64,000 nt of DNA, from the NCBI RefSeq assembly GCF_035594765.1, contig NC_085846.1, forward strand, positions 12,883,190-12,947,189. Reading direction: 5' to 3'. Source of the stretch: Anolis carolinensis. Its lineage: Eukaryota. This document shows positions 23,969 to 38,600 of the stretch, piece after piece; the stretch's first letter is position 1, and each line of letters begins with the position of its first letter. The position numbers and the translations under genes were made by a program. The notes under the pieces are model-generated. The model was not told the origin of the DNA, ran no database searches, and was given only the letters and a program-made list of their open reading frames with translations.

Positions 23969-24339
23969 GTTGTGAGCATAAAGGGTCCCATCTACACTCT
24001 AAAACTGATGCAGTTTGACACCACTTGGACTGCCATGGCTCAATACTATGGAGTCATGGGAGTAGTGGTTTCACAGGTTCTTCAGCCATCTCTGGGTACA
24101 TCTGCTGGTGTATCATCAAACTAAAAATCCCAGGCCTCAACAACATTGAGCCATGGAAGTTAAAGTGATGCCCAAACTGCATTACTTCTATAGTGTGGAT
24201 GCAACCAGAGGGACAGGAGGAAAGGCAGGCTATAACTTGTATTGCTTATTCGTAGATGTGTATAATTAATAAAAATTATTTAAACATAAATAACAGATTA
24301 ATTACACAAGGATGCGAGAAACAGCAGCAGAAAAGATCA

Positions 24340-24680
24340 CGAGCACAACCTACCTTAATTGCACTGAATCGCCTAATGCAAAAATCCACGCAAAAAAGAC
24401 CAAACACTGATTTCAAGAAGCCACGTGGTTTTTTTCCCGGGTTCAACACACGGACAGAACTCCCAGTGTGCACCAATCAAAATGCAGGCATTCAGGTGAG
24501 CTCTAATTGGATAGCGCGGCAATGACGAAAGCATCTATCACCCAATCAGAGAATGCTGGAGGCAGGCTTTGTGAAGATCACTGCACACAATAGGGATGGA
24601 AGAAGGGGCGGGACAAGGAAATGTTTTGATTCTTTAGAGTGGCAGTAAAAGCAGCCAATAGGGAACGCGATGGCCTACAG
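24340..24680 (-). promoter_or_regulatory. Probable DCTPP1 promoter and non-coding exon 1
   Basis: Local CpG enrichment, several CCAAT boxes, GC box (GGGGCGGGA ~24605), CACGTG (24422), ZNF143-like AACTCCCAGTGTGC (~24458). Strong - strand donor AAG|GTAGGT at 24354; splicing it to 22653 places an in-frame TAA just upstream of ATG 22645. Confidence 0.55.
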
Positions 24681-25659
24681 GGTGCTTGCATATATAATTA
24701 GCAGGATAGGTTTGCTCACAAAGTTTCAAAGAAAACGCAGATGGATCTGGATACAGGGAACTGAAAGATCGAGAGAGTATAATAAAACGTTTAAGCCTGA
24801 GGCAGAGGGTGTTGATTGGTGTTTATGTATTTGCCTAAAAAAGGGACAAAGGACCCATTCACACTATACAATTACAGCAGTATTACCCCACTTTAACTGC
24901 AATGTTTCCATCTAATGATGAGATTTGCAGTTGGAAAATGTCCTAAAGCATTTTGGCAGAGAATTTTCAATATCTTACAAAACTACGAATTCCTAGATTC
25001 TACAGATTAAAGTCATGGCAATTAAGGTGGTATCAAAGTGCTATAACTGTGTAGTGTGGAAGGGTAAGTTTTCCCTGTTATGCTTAATTTCTGATCGGCA
25101 AGCTCTTACAGGCACAGCAACATCTTTGGCTGGATATACACTGCCATATAATGCAGTTTGAACTGCATTGTATGGCAGTATAGCCCCAAGCTATGAGAAG
25201 AGTGGTGGCGCAATGGGTTAAACCCTTGTGCCGGCTGAACTGCTGACCTGAGGGTTGGGTTGCTGACCTGAAGGTTGCTGGTTTGAATCCGCAAGATGGG
25301 GTGAGCTCCCGTCTGTCAGCTCTAGCTTGCAGGGACATGAGAGAAGCCTCCCAGCAGGATGGTAACATATCCGGGCATCCCCTAGGCAACATCTCTGTAG
25401 ACAGCCAATTCTCTCACACTAGAAACGACTCACTGTATGTTCTCAAGTAGCTTCTGACACGATAAAAAAAAGAGAAAACCTTGGAACTCTTAGCAAAAAT
25501 AGCCGACTCGGACACAAAGTGGGATTCATTGGGACTGGACCCAAGCTACAGCTCATGTACTTTGGCCTCAGGTTCTGTTATCAGCTCTTTTGTTGAATAG
25601 TAAACTAACTATTTTGAGCTTGGAAGAGAAGCTTTAGCTGCAGCTCTCTGAATGTTTCG

Positions 25660-26006
25660 AGGGTGCATCTACATCAGGCATGGGCAAACTTGGGCCCTCC
25701 AGGTGTTTTGGACTCCAACTCCCACAATTCCTAACAGCCGGTAGGCTGTAAGGAATTGTGGGAGTTGAAGTCCAAACACCTGGAGGGCCCAAGTTTGCCC
25801 ATGCTTGATCTACACTGTAGAGTTAGTGCAGTTTGACACCACTTTAACTGCTACGGCTCAATGTGGAGTTGCTTTACAAGGCCTTTAGCCTTCTCTGCCA
25901 AAAAAGGCTGTTGCCTCCCGAACTACAACTCCCAGGATTCCACAGCATTGAGCCATGGCAATTAAAGTGGTGTGAAACCGCATTAATTCTACAATGTAGA
26001 TGCACT
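25660..26006. mobile_element. GGGTGCATCTACAC-type palindromic MITE with nested hAT MITE (25675-25807)
   Basis: Host TIR GGGTGCATCTACA...TGTAGATGCAC; nested MITE with TSD ATCTACAT/ATCTACAC. Host-family copies at ~21465-21674, 22755-22943 and 23983-24205. Confidence 0.7.
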
Positions 26007-26119
26007 CCTAGTTTTCTAGAGGCCTGTTTCTGTGAGCAGTAGGAATCTGCTTGGCTTGCAGAGTAATATTTACATTCAGTTTGAGCGGCAGCTGTGACTT
26101 GTGGGGGAGAAAGGCCATT

Positions 26120-26310
26120 TCTGCGAGTAAACAGGTGAGGGGTCCAAAGTGCCAAAATGCAGAAATAAAATCCTGATTGTAGCCCTAATCCCACCCCTCA
26201 CGTTGCTGCCTCCCACCCCTCAGGAATGCAGGAAATGTGTCTCGTGCAACCAGTTGTGCAAGAGGAAGAAGTTGCAGAGAGACATCGCGGAGCCTGGCTC
26301 TTTGGGTAAG
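26120..26310 (+). promoter_or_regulatory. Probable QPRT promoter and non-coding exon 1
   Basis: FOX motif GTAAACA 26127-26133 next to HNF4-like GGGTCCAAAGTGC 26140-26152; donor TGG|GTAAGT at 26305/26306; QPRT ATG lies 5 nt after the acceptor at 28409. Confidence 0.45.
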
Positions 26311-26737
26311 TGACCAGCACAGCGGCCTTTTTAAAATTAGCTGCATTGCAAGTCCCTTTGGACAGGGGGGCATGTAAAGCAATTATATCCCCACAGGAAA
26401 GCCTGCCTTGTTGTCTCTTCTTTTCTCTTAACTGTAGATGAATGGGAAGTGCACCTAGTCTTAATTCATTGGGTGCATCTACACTGGGCATGGGCAAACT
26501 TTGGCCCTCCAGGTGTTTTGGACTCCAACTCCCACAATTCCTAACAGCCGGTAGGCTGTTAGGAATTGTGGGAGTTGGAGTCCAAAACACCAGGAGGGCC
26601 AAAATTTGCTCATGCCTGATCTAGACATTATGAAACATTACTTTTTCACTGTTCCATTGTCAAAACACCATAAAAATGACTAAATGAAGCAGCAGTTCTG
26701 TAAGAGATAGAAATAATGTAGCCTTCCAGGTGTTGAT

Positions 26738-28190
26738 TCATAGAATAATAGAGTTGGAAGAGGCCACATGGGCCATCTAGTCTAACCCCTGCTATGTAGG
26801 AAAAACACAACCAAAGCATTCCTGACAGATGGCCATCCAACCTCTGTTTAAAAGCTTCCAAGGAAGGAGCTTCCACTATACTTCAAGGCAGAGAGTTCCA
26901 TCATTGAATAACTCTTACAATCAGGGAGTTCTTGCTAAGGAAACTCCTTTCCAGTAATTTGAATCCATTGCTCCAGCGCTACAGAAAACAAGCCTGCTCC
27001 CTCTTCCTTATGGCATCCTTTCACATATTTATACATGACTCTCATGTCTCCTCTCAGCCTTCTCTTCTGCAGGCTAAACATGCCCAGCTCTTTAAGATGC
27101 TCCTCAGAGGGATTCATAGTCTCCAGACCTTTGGACATTTTAGTTGCCTTCCTCTGGACACCTTCCAGCTTGTCAATAGCTCTTTTGAACTGTGGTGCCC
27201 AGAATTGGACACAGTATTCCCCGTGAGGTCTAACCAAAGCAGACTAGAGAGGCACCATGACTTCCTTCGATCTAGACACTAGACTCCTTTTGATGCAGCC
27301 CAAAATCCCATTGGCTTTTTTAGCTGCTGCATCACACTGTTGGCTCATGTTCAACTTGTTGCCCACAATCTTTTTCACAAGGACTGTTGTCAAGCCAAGC
27401 ATCACCCATCCTGTATCTTTGCATTTTGTTTTTTCTGCCCAAGTGTAGTATCTTATATTTGTCCTTGTTGGAATTCATGTACAGTAGAGTCTCACTTATC
27501 GAACATAAACGGGCTGGCAGAACATTGGATAAGCGAATATGTTGGATAATAAGGAGAGATTAAGGAGAAGCCTATTAAACATCAAATTAGGTTATGATTT
27601 TACAAATTAAGCACCAAAACATCATGTAATACAACAAATTTGACAGAAAAAGTAGTTCAATATGTAGTAATGCCACGTAGTAATTACTGTATTTACGAAT
27701 TTAGCACCAAAATATCATGATATATTGAAAACATTGACTACAAAAATGTGTTGGATAATCCAGAACGTTGAATAAGCGAATGTTGGATAAGTGAGACTCT
27801 ACTGTAGTTAGTTTTGGCCCAGCTCTCTAATCTGTTCAGGTCATTCTGAATTTTGATCCTGTCCTCTGGAGTATTAGCTATCCCTCCTAATTTGGTGTCA
27901 TCTGCAAACTTGATAAGCACGCCCTCTAAACCCTCATCCAAGTCATTAATAAAGATACTGAATAGTACTGGGCTCAGGACTGAACCCTGCGGCACTCCAC
28001 TAGTAACTTATTTCCAGCATGAAGAGGAACCATTGGTAAGCGCCCTTTGGGTTCATTCCCTTAACCAGTTATAGATCCACCTAATAACATTGCCTAGCCC
28101 ACATTTGATTAGTTTGCTTGCAAGAAGGTCATGGTGGACTTTGTCAAAGGCCTTTCTGAAGTCAAGATATGCTACATCCATAGCATGTTG
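26738..28190 (-). mobile_element. CR1 LINE fragment interrupted by a Tigger-like MITE (27482-27804)
   Basis: [37 protein letters not shown], 3' UTR; MITE with TA TSD. Confidence 0.88.
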
Positions 28191-28413
28191 ACGAAGTACA
28201 TCTCCTAGCAGCCCTAGCCAGCAGTGGCTATAATGAGGAGTGCTGGGAACTGCAATTCAATTACATCAGGTGATCTCCATCCCTGCTCTGTGATGAGATG
28301 CCAAAATTCACCCATTATTCCTGCTGTTAGGAAGCACCATCAGTGGCCACTGGGATGAGTTTGGTCTGGTATGTCTTTGCCAATGTCTCCATGGTTTCTT
28401 CTCCTTAGTCTTC

Positions 28414-31405
<2,992 letters not shown>

Positions 31406-31525
31406 ACCTGCAAGATGGCAGGATTTAGTAAAATTAAGAGGTAGTAGGTGAACAGTGTTGAGGAAGAGAGTTGGTGGTGGATTGTATCTTTGGTGTTTGG
31501 GATTTGCCAGTTATCAAACTCTGTA

Positions 31526-32089
31526 CAGGTTGAACATCCCTTATCTAGAATCCCGAAATCCAAAATTGCCCACTGCGATCATTTTCACAAACTTTGTTTT
31601 ATGCACAATTTTAAAAAAATTATTACAACTTATCTTCGTGCTGTGTCTAAGATTTTTTATCATGTCAGAAGTGACTTGAGAACATACAAGTTGCTTCTGG
31701 TGTAAGATAATTGGTTGTCTACAGAGACGTTGCTCAGGAGATGCCCGGATGTGTTGCTGGGAGGCTTCTCTTATGTCCCTGCAAACTAGAGCTGACAGAC
31801 AGGAGCTCGCCCTGTCTCGTGGATTCGAACCGGCAACCTTCAGGTTAGCAACCCAGCCTTCAAGTCAGCAATCCAGCCGGCACAAGGGTTTAACTCATTG
31901 CACTGCCACGGCTTCTATGTATCTCTAAGATGTATAGGAGACATACATGAATTTTACTTTTAGACATGGGTCCCATCTCCAAAATAACTCATTGTGAACA
32001 GTATATGTAAATAAATATATTCCCAAATCAAATCAGAAATTCCAAACACTTCTGGTATGAAATCTTTTGAATAAGGGATACTCAACCTG
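31526..32089. mobile_element. Tigger-like MITE interrupted by a SINE2-like copy
   Basis: CAGGTTGAACATCCCTTATC ... GAATAAGGGATACTCAACCTG; related copy at ~60419-60841. Confidence 0.6.
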
Positions 32090-32615
32090 TTTCATGCCTT
32101 CCCTTTTAAACAACCCAAAGCAAGGAGAGGAGCAGATGATTATTTTGGACCAAAGCTCGGAAAAGGTTAAAAGTGGCGGTGAAATATGTTAATTCTGTGA
32201 ATCACTTGTCAATGTAACTCTTGCTTATTTTGCTCTATCTTCTACATGACATCCCTTCAGTCTTTAAAGATATCATCTCATGTCTTGGTCTTCCTTTTTC
32301 AAAGCCAAACAGACAGACTATAACAACAGGGGCGTTAGAAACAGAGCTGTCCTCATCTTTATTAAGACATTTTACAGAGGAAGGTCCCAGTTAGGTTAAG
32401 ACTAATTGAGGTGGGCAGGGGATTGACTTTAGGGAGGTATTTTTACCTTCCCCAAATAATAATAATAATAATCGTAATAAATAACAGATTCACATGTATA
32501 CTGTTGGGGTACAAAAGTGTGTGGATCATCCGGGACCAGCATAAGGGGAACTTCCCCAGTCTGGGGGTGTTTGGGTGGATTCCCCCACAGAGCAAGGGTG
32601 GGAAACGGGGAGCGC

Positions 32616-35600
32616 TTATTCCCCTTCCTTGTCCTCTCCGTGTGTGATGACATAGCAAATGTTCTTGTAGTCAACGTTGCCAGCTACATCTGGGGGGAAG
32701 GCTTGCCACATGTTCTTGATCTGCAAGTGAGAGAAAAGGGTTAAAGTTAGAGACTGTCAGATTTGGGGGATTTTCCTCTGTAATTTTTAAAAGAATACTA
32801 AGAAGGTGGAAGGAGAGCTTAAGAAACAAAGAGTTATCTTCAACAAAAGTTCTATTTAATAATAATTTTACAAGATCTGTCCCTTTCTGAAATCTACTGT
32901 GGCTACTCCATGTCTGTCATCTACCTATCTATATTCATTATCTGATGACAGAAAAACCTTATGAGAATGCTCAGAATATTTTTATCATCCATTTATGACT
33001 AAGATTTTGGGTCTGGCTTAACTTCCAAATGTTACATGTCATCCTAAATTCAGTATGCTAACCCATGCAGAACATTGTGGTAGGAAAATGAGAAGACAGG
33101 AATGAGCAGGATTTGTTTTTTCATGTCAGGAGTGACTTGAGAAACTGCAAGTCACTTCTGGTGTGAGAGAATTGCCCATCTGCAAAGACGTTGCCCAGGG
33201 GACGCCCGGATGTATGATGTTTTACCATCCTTGTGGGAGGCTTCTCTCATGTCCCCGCACAGAGTTGAAGCTGACAGAGGGAGCTCATCCATGCTCTCCC
33301 CGGGTTGGATTCGAACTGACAACCTTCAGGTCAGCAGTCTGCCGCACAAGGGTTTAACCCATTGCACCACTGGGGGATGAATATCGGTGAGTGAAAGAAT
33401 GGATTAGGACAGCACATGATGTGGACCTAGTGCCTTACCTCTTCTGGGGTGAACCTGTCACACTGAGTGGTCAGAAGTTCTTCCAAGCTGTAGTGGGGCA
33501 AACAGAAAATATGCATTACAAAGATTCCTGGATTTTTTAAAAATCCCCCAAACAGAGCTTGATTTTGCCACTTTATATAAGAGGGACCATTTTAGTATGC
33601 CACTGTATGTAGTTTGGCTTGAGCATCCATTGATTTTGGCATCCAAAAAGGGTCCTGGAATGAAACTCTAGTTAATACCAATGGCCCTTTGTGTTATTTG
33701 CTCTTCAACACCCATTCTCACCCAAATGGTTGTATTTCACAAGACTACTCTAATCAGGGCAAATGTACTGGAAGTTGGAATATTTGTTGCTGCATTTCTC
33801 TGTATTTTAAAAAAAATATCAAAATAATGTTCCTGTTCTCTTCAGCAGTGCATTCAAAGTTCTGAATTCTCACGCCCCTCTCCAGCTAAAAGCTGCATAT
33901 CCGTCTTTAAAAGAATATAATGAAAATTTAATTAGAATATATGTGTCATGTAGATTTACCTTATCAATTCAGAGCAGTGGGAGAATTCAGATGTCACAAC
34001 CACATGACATGGTTTGCTGTGTGGTCTCTAGTGCTTCCACGTGCTGCATGCTTCTTTTGCCCTTCACATACATCAGTGGTTCCCAACCTTTGGGCCTCCA
34101 GGTGTTTTGGGCTGCAACTCCCAGAAATCCCAGCCATCTTACCAGCTGTTAGGAATTGTAGGAGCTGAAGTCCAAAACACCTGGAGGCCCAAAGATTGGG
34201 AAACACTGACCTACATGAATCCCCTCTAACTTCTAATCTTGGGTTAAACAATTGGAACACTTTCACATTGGAATTGGTACACTACTATTGGCATGTACCC
34301 TCCAAACATAATTGGAAACCTAGAGTGATCCACCGGGTAAACCATAGTTGACTGATCCAAATGTGACAAGAGAGTACAAGAACAGACAAATCTTGGTTTG
34401 GTGTTGATATGCAAATTAGTCCAGTGACTGGAACTGAAGTAAATACTCACAATTGCTTCTTCACAGTGCCCTTGCCCTCAGGGTCCAGGACTTTGAAGGC
34501 GCCAATGATTACGTCCTCGGGATCAGCACCTGATGGATAGGAAGAGATGGGAATAAGCTATTAAGAAGCGGAGTAGAAAAGGTAGGAAAGGACTAGCACC
34601 AGATGGGGCAAGAGGAAGAGATGAGAGGGACAGAAGGACACTGACAAGGTGGAACATGTCCAGAGGTCTGGACCTGAGACAAGGTCTGGAAACCAAGCTC
34701 TATGAGGAGCAGCTTCGGAAGCTCGGTATGTCTGGCTTGGAGAAAATTAAGAGGGGACATGGTAGCCATGTTTAAATACTAAAAAGGATGTCATATTGAG
34801 GAGGAAGCAAGTTTGGTTTCTGCTGCTCCAGAAACTAGGACATGGAGCAATTCATTTAAAGCACAGGAAAAGAGATTCCACCTAAACATCCTGATGGTAA
34901 GAGCTGCTTGACAATGGGATATGTGGGACAGTCCCCTTCTTTGGAACTTTGTCAACAGAGGCTGAATGGACATTTGCTGAGAGTGCTTGGATTGAATTGG
35001 CCTGCATGACAGATTTAGGTAGGACTAGATGTGCTTGTGGTCTCCTCCAGTTCTGTGGTTTTATGATTCCAGAGGCTATTAAGGAGTGAAGAAGGAAAGT
35101 CACTCACCCTTCAGCTTCTCCCCAAACATGGTGAGGAAGACAGTGAAGTTGATTGGGCCACTGGCCTCTTTGATCATGGCATCCAACTCCTCATTCTTCA
35201 CGTTCAAACGCCCTGCAGAGAAGGAAGGGGAGCATTAGCATCTGATGACTGAATCTGGGACTTACAGCACCCATAAAGCTTTGTGTTGCCTCCTGCTCAC
35301 ATCATCATCCTCATCCTCCTACCAAACCCACTTTATCTTACCCATAGCTGCAAATGTATCTCTCAGGTCTTCCTTGTCGATGATTCCATCTCTGTTCTGG
35401 TCAATGACGGTGAAAGCCTAACAAAAACATAAAGTAGGACAGGACATTGTGAGATGAGAGAAAAATCACCTTCAATAGCCCAACGCTAGCAAACAACAAA
35501 TGTTGTTGGTTACCCTCTGACATTTCACAGATGAAGTTTAGTCAAGATGGTCAAAGGTAGGAATGAGGAACTCAAGCTACGAGATGGCTGCAGCAAATTG

Positions 35601-38600
35601 CTTTGGCCTGAATCAATTGGCATGGGAAAGACGCCCATTCCCTCTTCTTTAATTGAGGCCCCTTCCACGCAGCTGAATAAAATCCCACATTATCTGCTTT
35701 GAACTGGGATATATGGCAGTGTGGACAGATATTCCAGTTCAAAGTAGATATTGTGGGTTATTCTGTCTTGATATTCTGGGTTATATGGCTGTGTGGAAGG
35801 GCTCTGAGTGCAAATAACTTCGGTCTTTTAACTCAGTTTACAGCTAATGTAAGCTGAGGACAAAGTAGTAAGAGGAGAGACAATCCAGGACATTATAAAA
35901 GCAGTTGAAAAAGTGGGATTAACTGGGGTTGTCCCAGCCATATTGGGACAGTTGGAGGATATGTGCATGTCCTAATAATTTGAGCGAGGCAACGACAAGG
36001 TTTGAATTAGAATGTTTCTGAGCCAATGATCACGCTGGACCAACCATCCCTTCCCGATCCTCTTTCAGTGCCCTTCCCTACTGCACATTGTGCCTTCCTT
36101 GCAGAGGCTAAAAGGACTGGAGTGTTTATGTATCTGTAGCTCTCTGTTGTTGCTGCCCAGCTGTTTGCAGAGAACAATTGGCCTTCCCGGGCAACACACG
36201 CTCTACCACCACTGCTGGAAGCAGCCTCAATTAATCATCCTATGAGAGGCATCCAAGTTTGCTCAGAGACCTTTGTTTTTAAATCCAGATTCTTTTCTGT
36301 GTGCTTCCCCTTGTCAGTTTAGGTTCTGCAGCTTCAGATCTCGAGACCACCTTGTTCCTTGCAGTATGACTTCAATTCATTTCTGACTTGTGATGGCCCC
36401 AAGACCCTAAGTTTTTATTCTGGGGCTAGGAGTGTGTGACTTGCCGATGGTCACCTTGTGGGACTCAGTGGCTGAGTGGGAAATCGAACACTGGTCTCCA
36501 GAGTCACAGTCCAGTGCTCAAACTACTACACCATGCTGCTCATTTTCCCCAGTGAATTGCAACACATTGCAATTCTGGAAATAGTGAAGCCATGGCTCCC
36601 TTCGGTCCTCCCTCTCTGCTCTTCTGCAGCTGTGCCCTAGAGACACCTGTCATCTGATATCCCTCTTGGTCTCTAGCAGGAATGGGAGCAATGTTTAAGC
36701 ATCTCATATTAATCTCCGTCCCCTCCCAGAGGGGACAGCTGGCACATTCCAAGGGAGCTGTTGATGAGGTCTCTGAAGGATGGAGGGGAGGGGAGGGGAG
36801 AGGGAAGAGTAATCCTCGCCTTGCCTCTCCTTTCCTGCTTTGTGCTGAGTATCCCTCTTTCCTGCTAAAAATGAACCACGCTGTGCAGCATCTTCAGCAT
36901 TGCATCTGCTGTTCAAGGCAAAAAGAAGTGAAGAGCTGCTAACTTTCTCTTTATTTTAAAGACAGAAATGATAATCATAGTCTTTTCACATTTATGCAAG
37001 TTAAGGCACTAGGATTCCACTTGAGCTTCCACGTCTACCTGTCCCACGGAATTTGGAGTTTGTAATGGGGTGGTTGCAGGTGGAATAACTACACTTAGAA
37101 AAGTTCTGTTTGAAGTACAATTCCCATAATCCACATTCAGACCTTGCTGGTTGAGGATTCTGATAGCTGTAGTTAAAAAAAACCTAAGGTTTTCCAGGTC
37201 TTGCATTGTCTTAGCAGAGTTATAGTCCAGCACTTAAACCACTACACCACACAGGTGCCTGTGTCCAAATACTAAGTGTTAATGGGGCAACGGTTCGAGT
37301 GGTGGAGTATGACTTGGGGAGAATAGGATTCAAATCACCGCTTCGCTATGGATGACTTTGAAATTCACATTATCACCCTTTCTGTACAAATCTTGCTGAA
37401 AAAACGTGATGGATTTAACTTAGGGCCGCCGTAAGTCAGAAATGGTTTAAAGCACTCAAGAACAACCTATGTCTTCTACTCAACAAAAGAATAAATGGTG
37501 GACATTATAATATGTAACATTGTGTATGTAATGGAAACCCTTTTCAAGCCCAAGTGTAGAATCTCCATTCAATGCATGAAAACAATAAGGAGTGGGAGAT
37601 GCAATATTTCCTATTCTTGGAAGTTATGGAGAATGCTGTATGGAGCACCACCAAAATAGATGGGGCTTTAAAGAGTAAAGACAACTAAAACTCCAGTACA
37701 AATTACAGTGAACATATAAGAACAAGAAAGTGTCTCCAAAAAGACTTGGAACATTTCCTTCCACCTGGAATTCAAGGGATACTCAGTTGTACCGTGCAAT
37801 AAATGACACTAAATATAGGTTCCTATAGCTTAGCAATTTTACTCCCCCAGAGAAACTTTCTAAATATCAGCAAATCAAGAAGCTGAGAAAATGCTCAAAG
37901 ATGTGACACCAGATGAGAACCAAGGTTCTTTTAATACTGTACTTTTAATAATAATAGTTCTCCTAGTAACTCTTACAGTACGGGCGATGAAAGGACTGCA
38001 GTGAGAATGTTGGGTAAGAACAAGAGAGTCTGTGTTCAAATCCCCATTCAACCATGAAGCTGACCTTGGGCTTAACCTATTTAAAAAGAACGGGTTGCTT
38101 GCAAAAAGTTAAGAAGTTCCAAATACTAATATAAATAATCTAAAAAAGTTTGACAATGAGATGGAATGAACTACAATAATTATTCTGTGGCAATTGTTTG
38201 CTTTTCTCCAGATGGGGACTTAAAGTGTCAGGGTCTCCCGCCTTTCCAGTGTGGGGCCAGTCTCCATTTTCAATGAGTCCAAAGACAGTTCAATGAAGCC
38301 CAAAAGCAGTTGGTTGGCAAGTCCTCCTCCTCCTCCTGCAGTCCATCCACTGGAATCCATCTCTGAAGATCTCCTTGTAAGGAGTTGGCGCTTGTTCCAT
38401 CCAAGCACAGATGTCATCTACTTTCTCTGTCCTCTCCCACTCAAAATAGATCCTAGCATGTCTCCATGGTCTCAGAAAGGAAACATCACCATTCTTGGGG
38501 TGGGGGTGTTGGTGTCCAGAGGCAGCCTCGACGCTTGCAAAAAGTTGGGCGAATGCCTCTATGGAACGACGAGTGAGAACCTCAGGTGTCTGGAATGGGG

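Noticed and set aside
25675-26618. Repeated palindromes suggestive of a CRISPR-like or miRNA array
   Set aside because: Eukaryotic DNA; these are dispersed hAT MITEs with 8-bp TSDs and no repeat-spacer periodicity.
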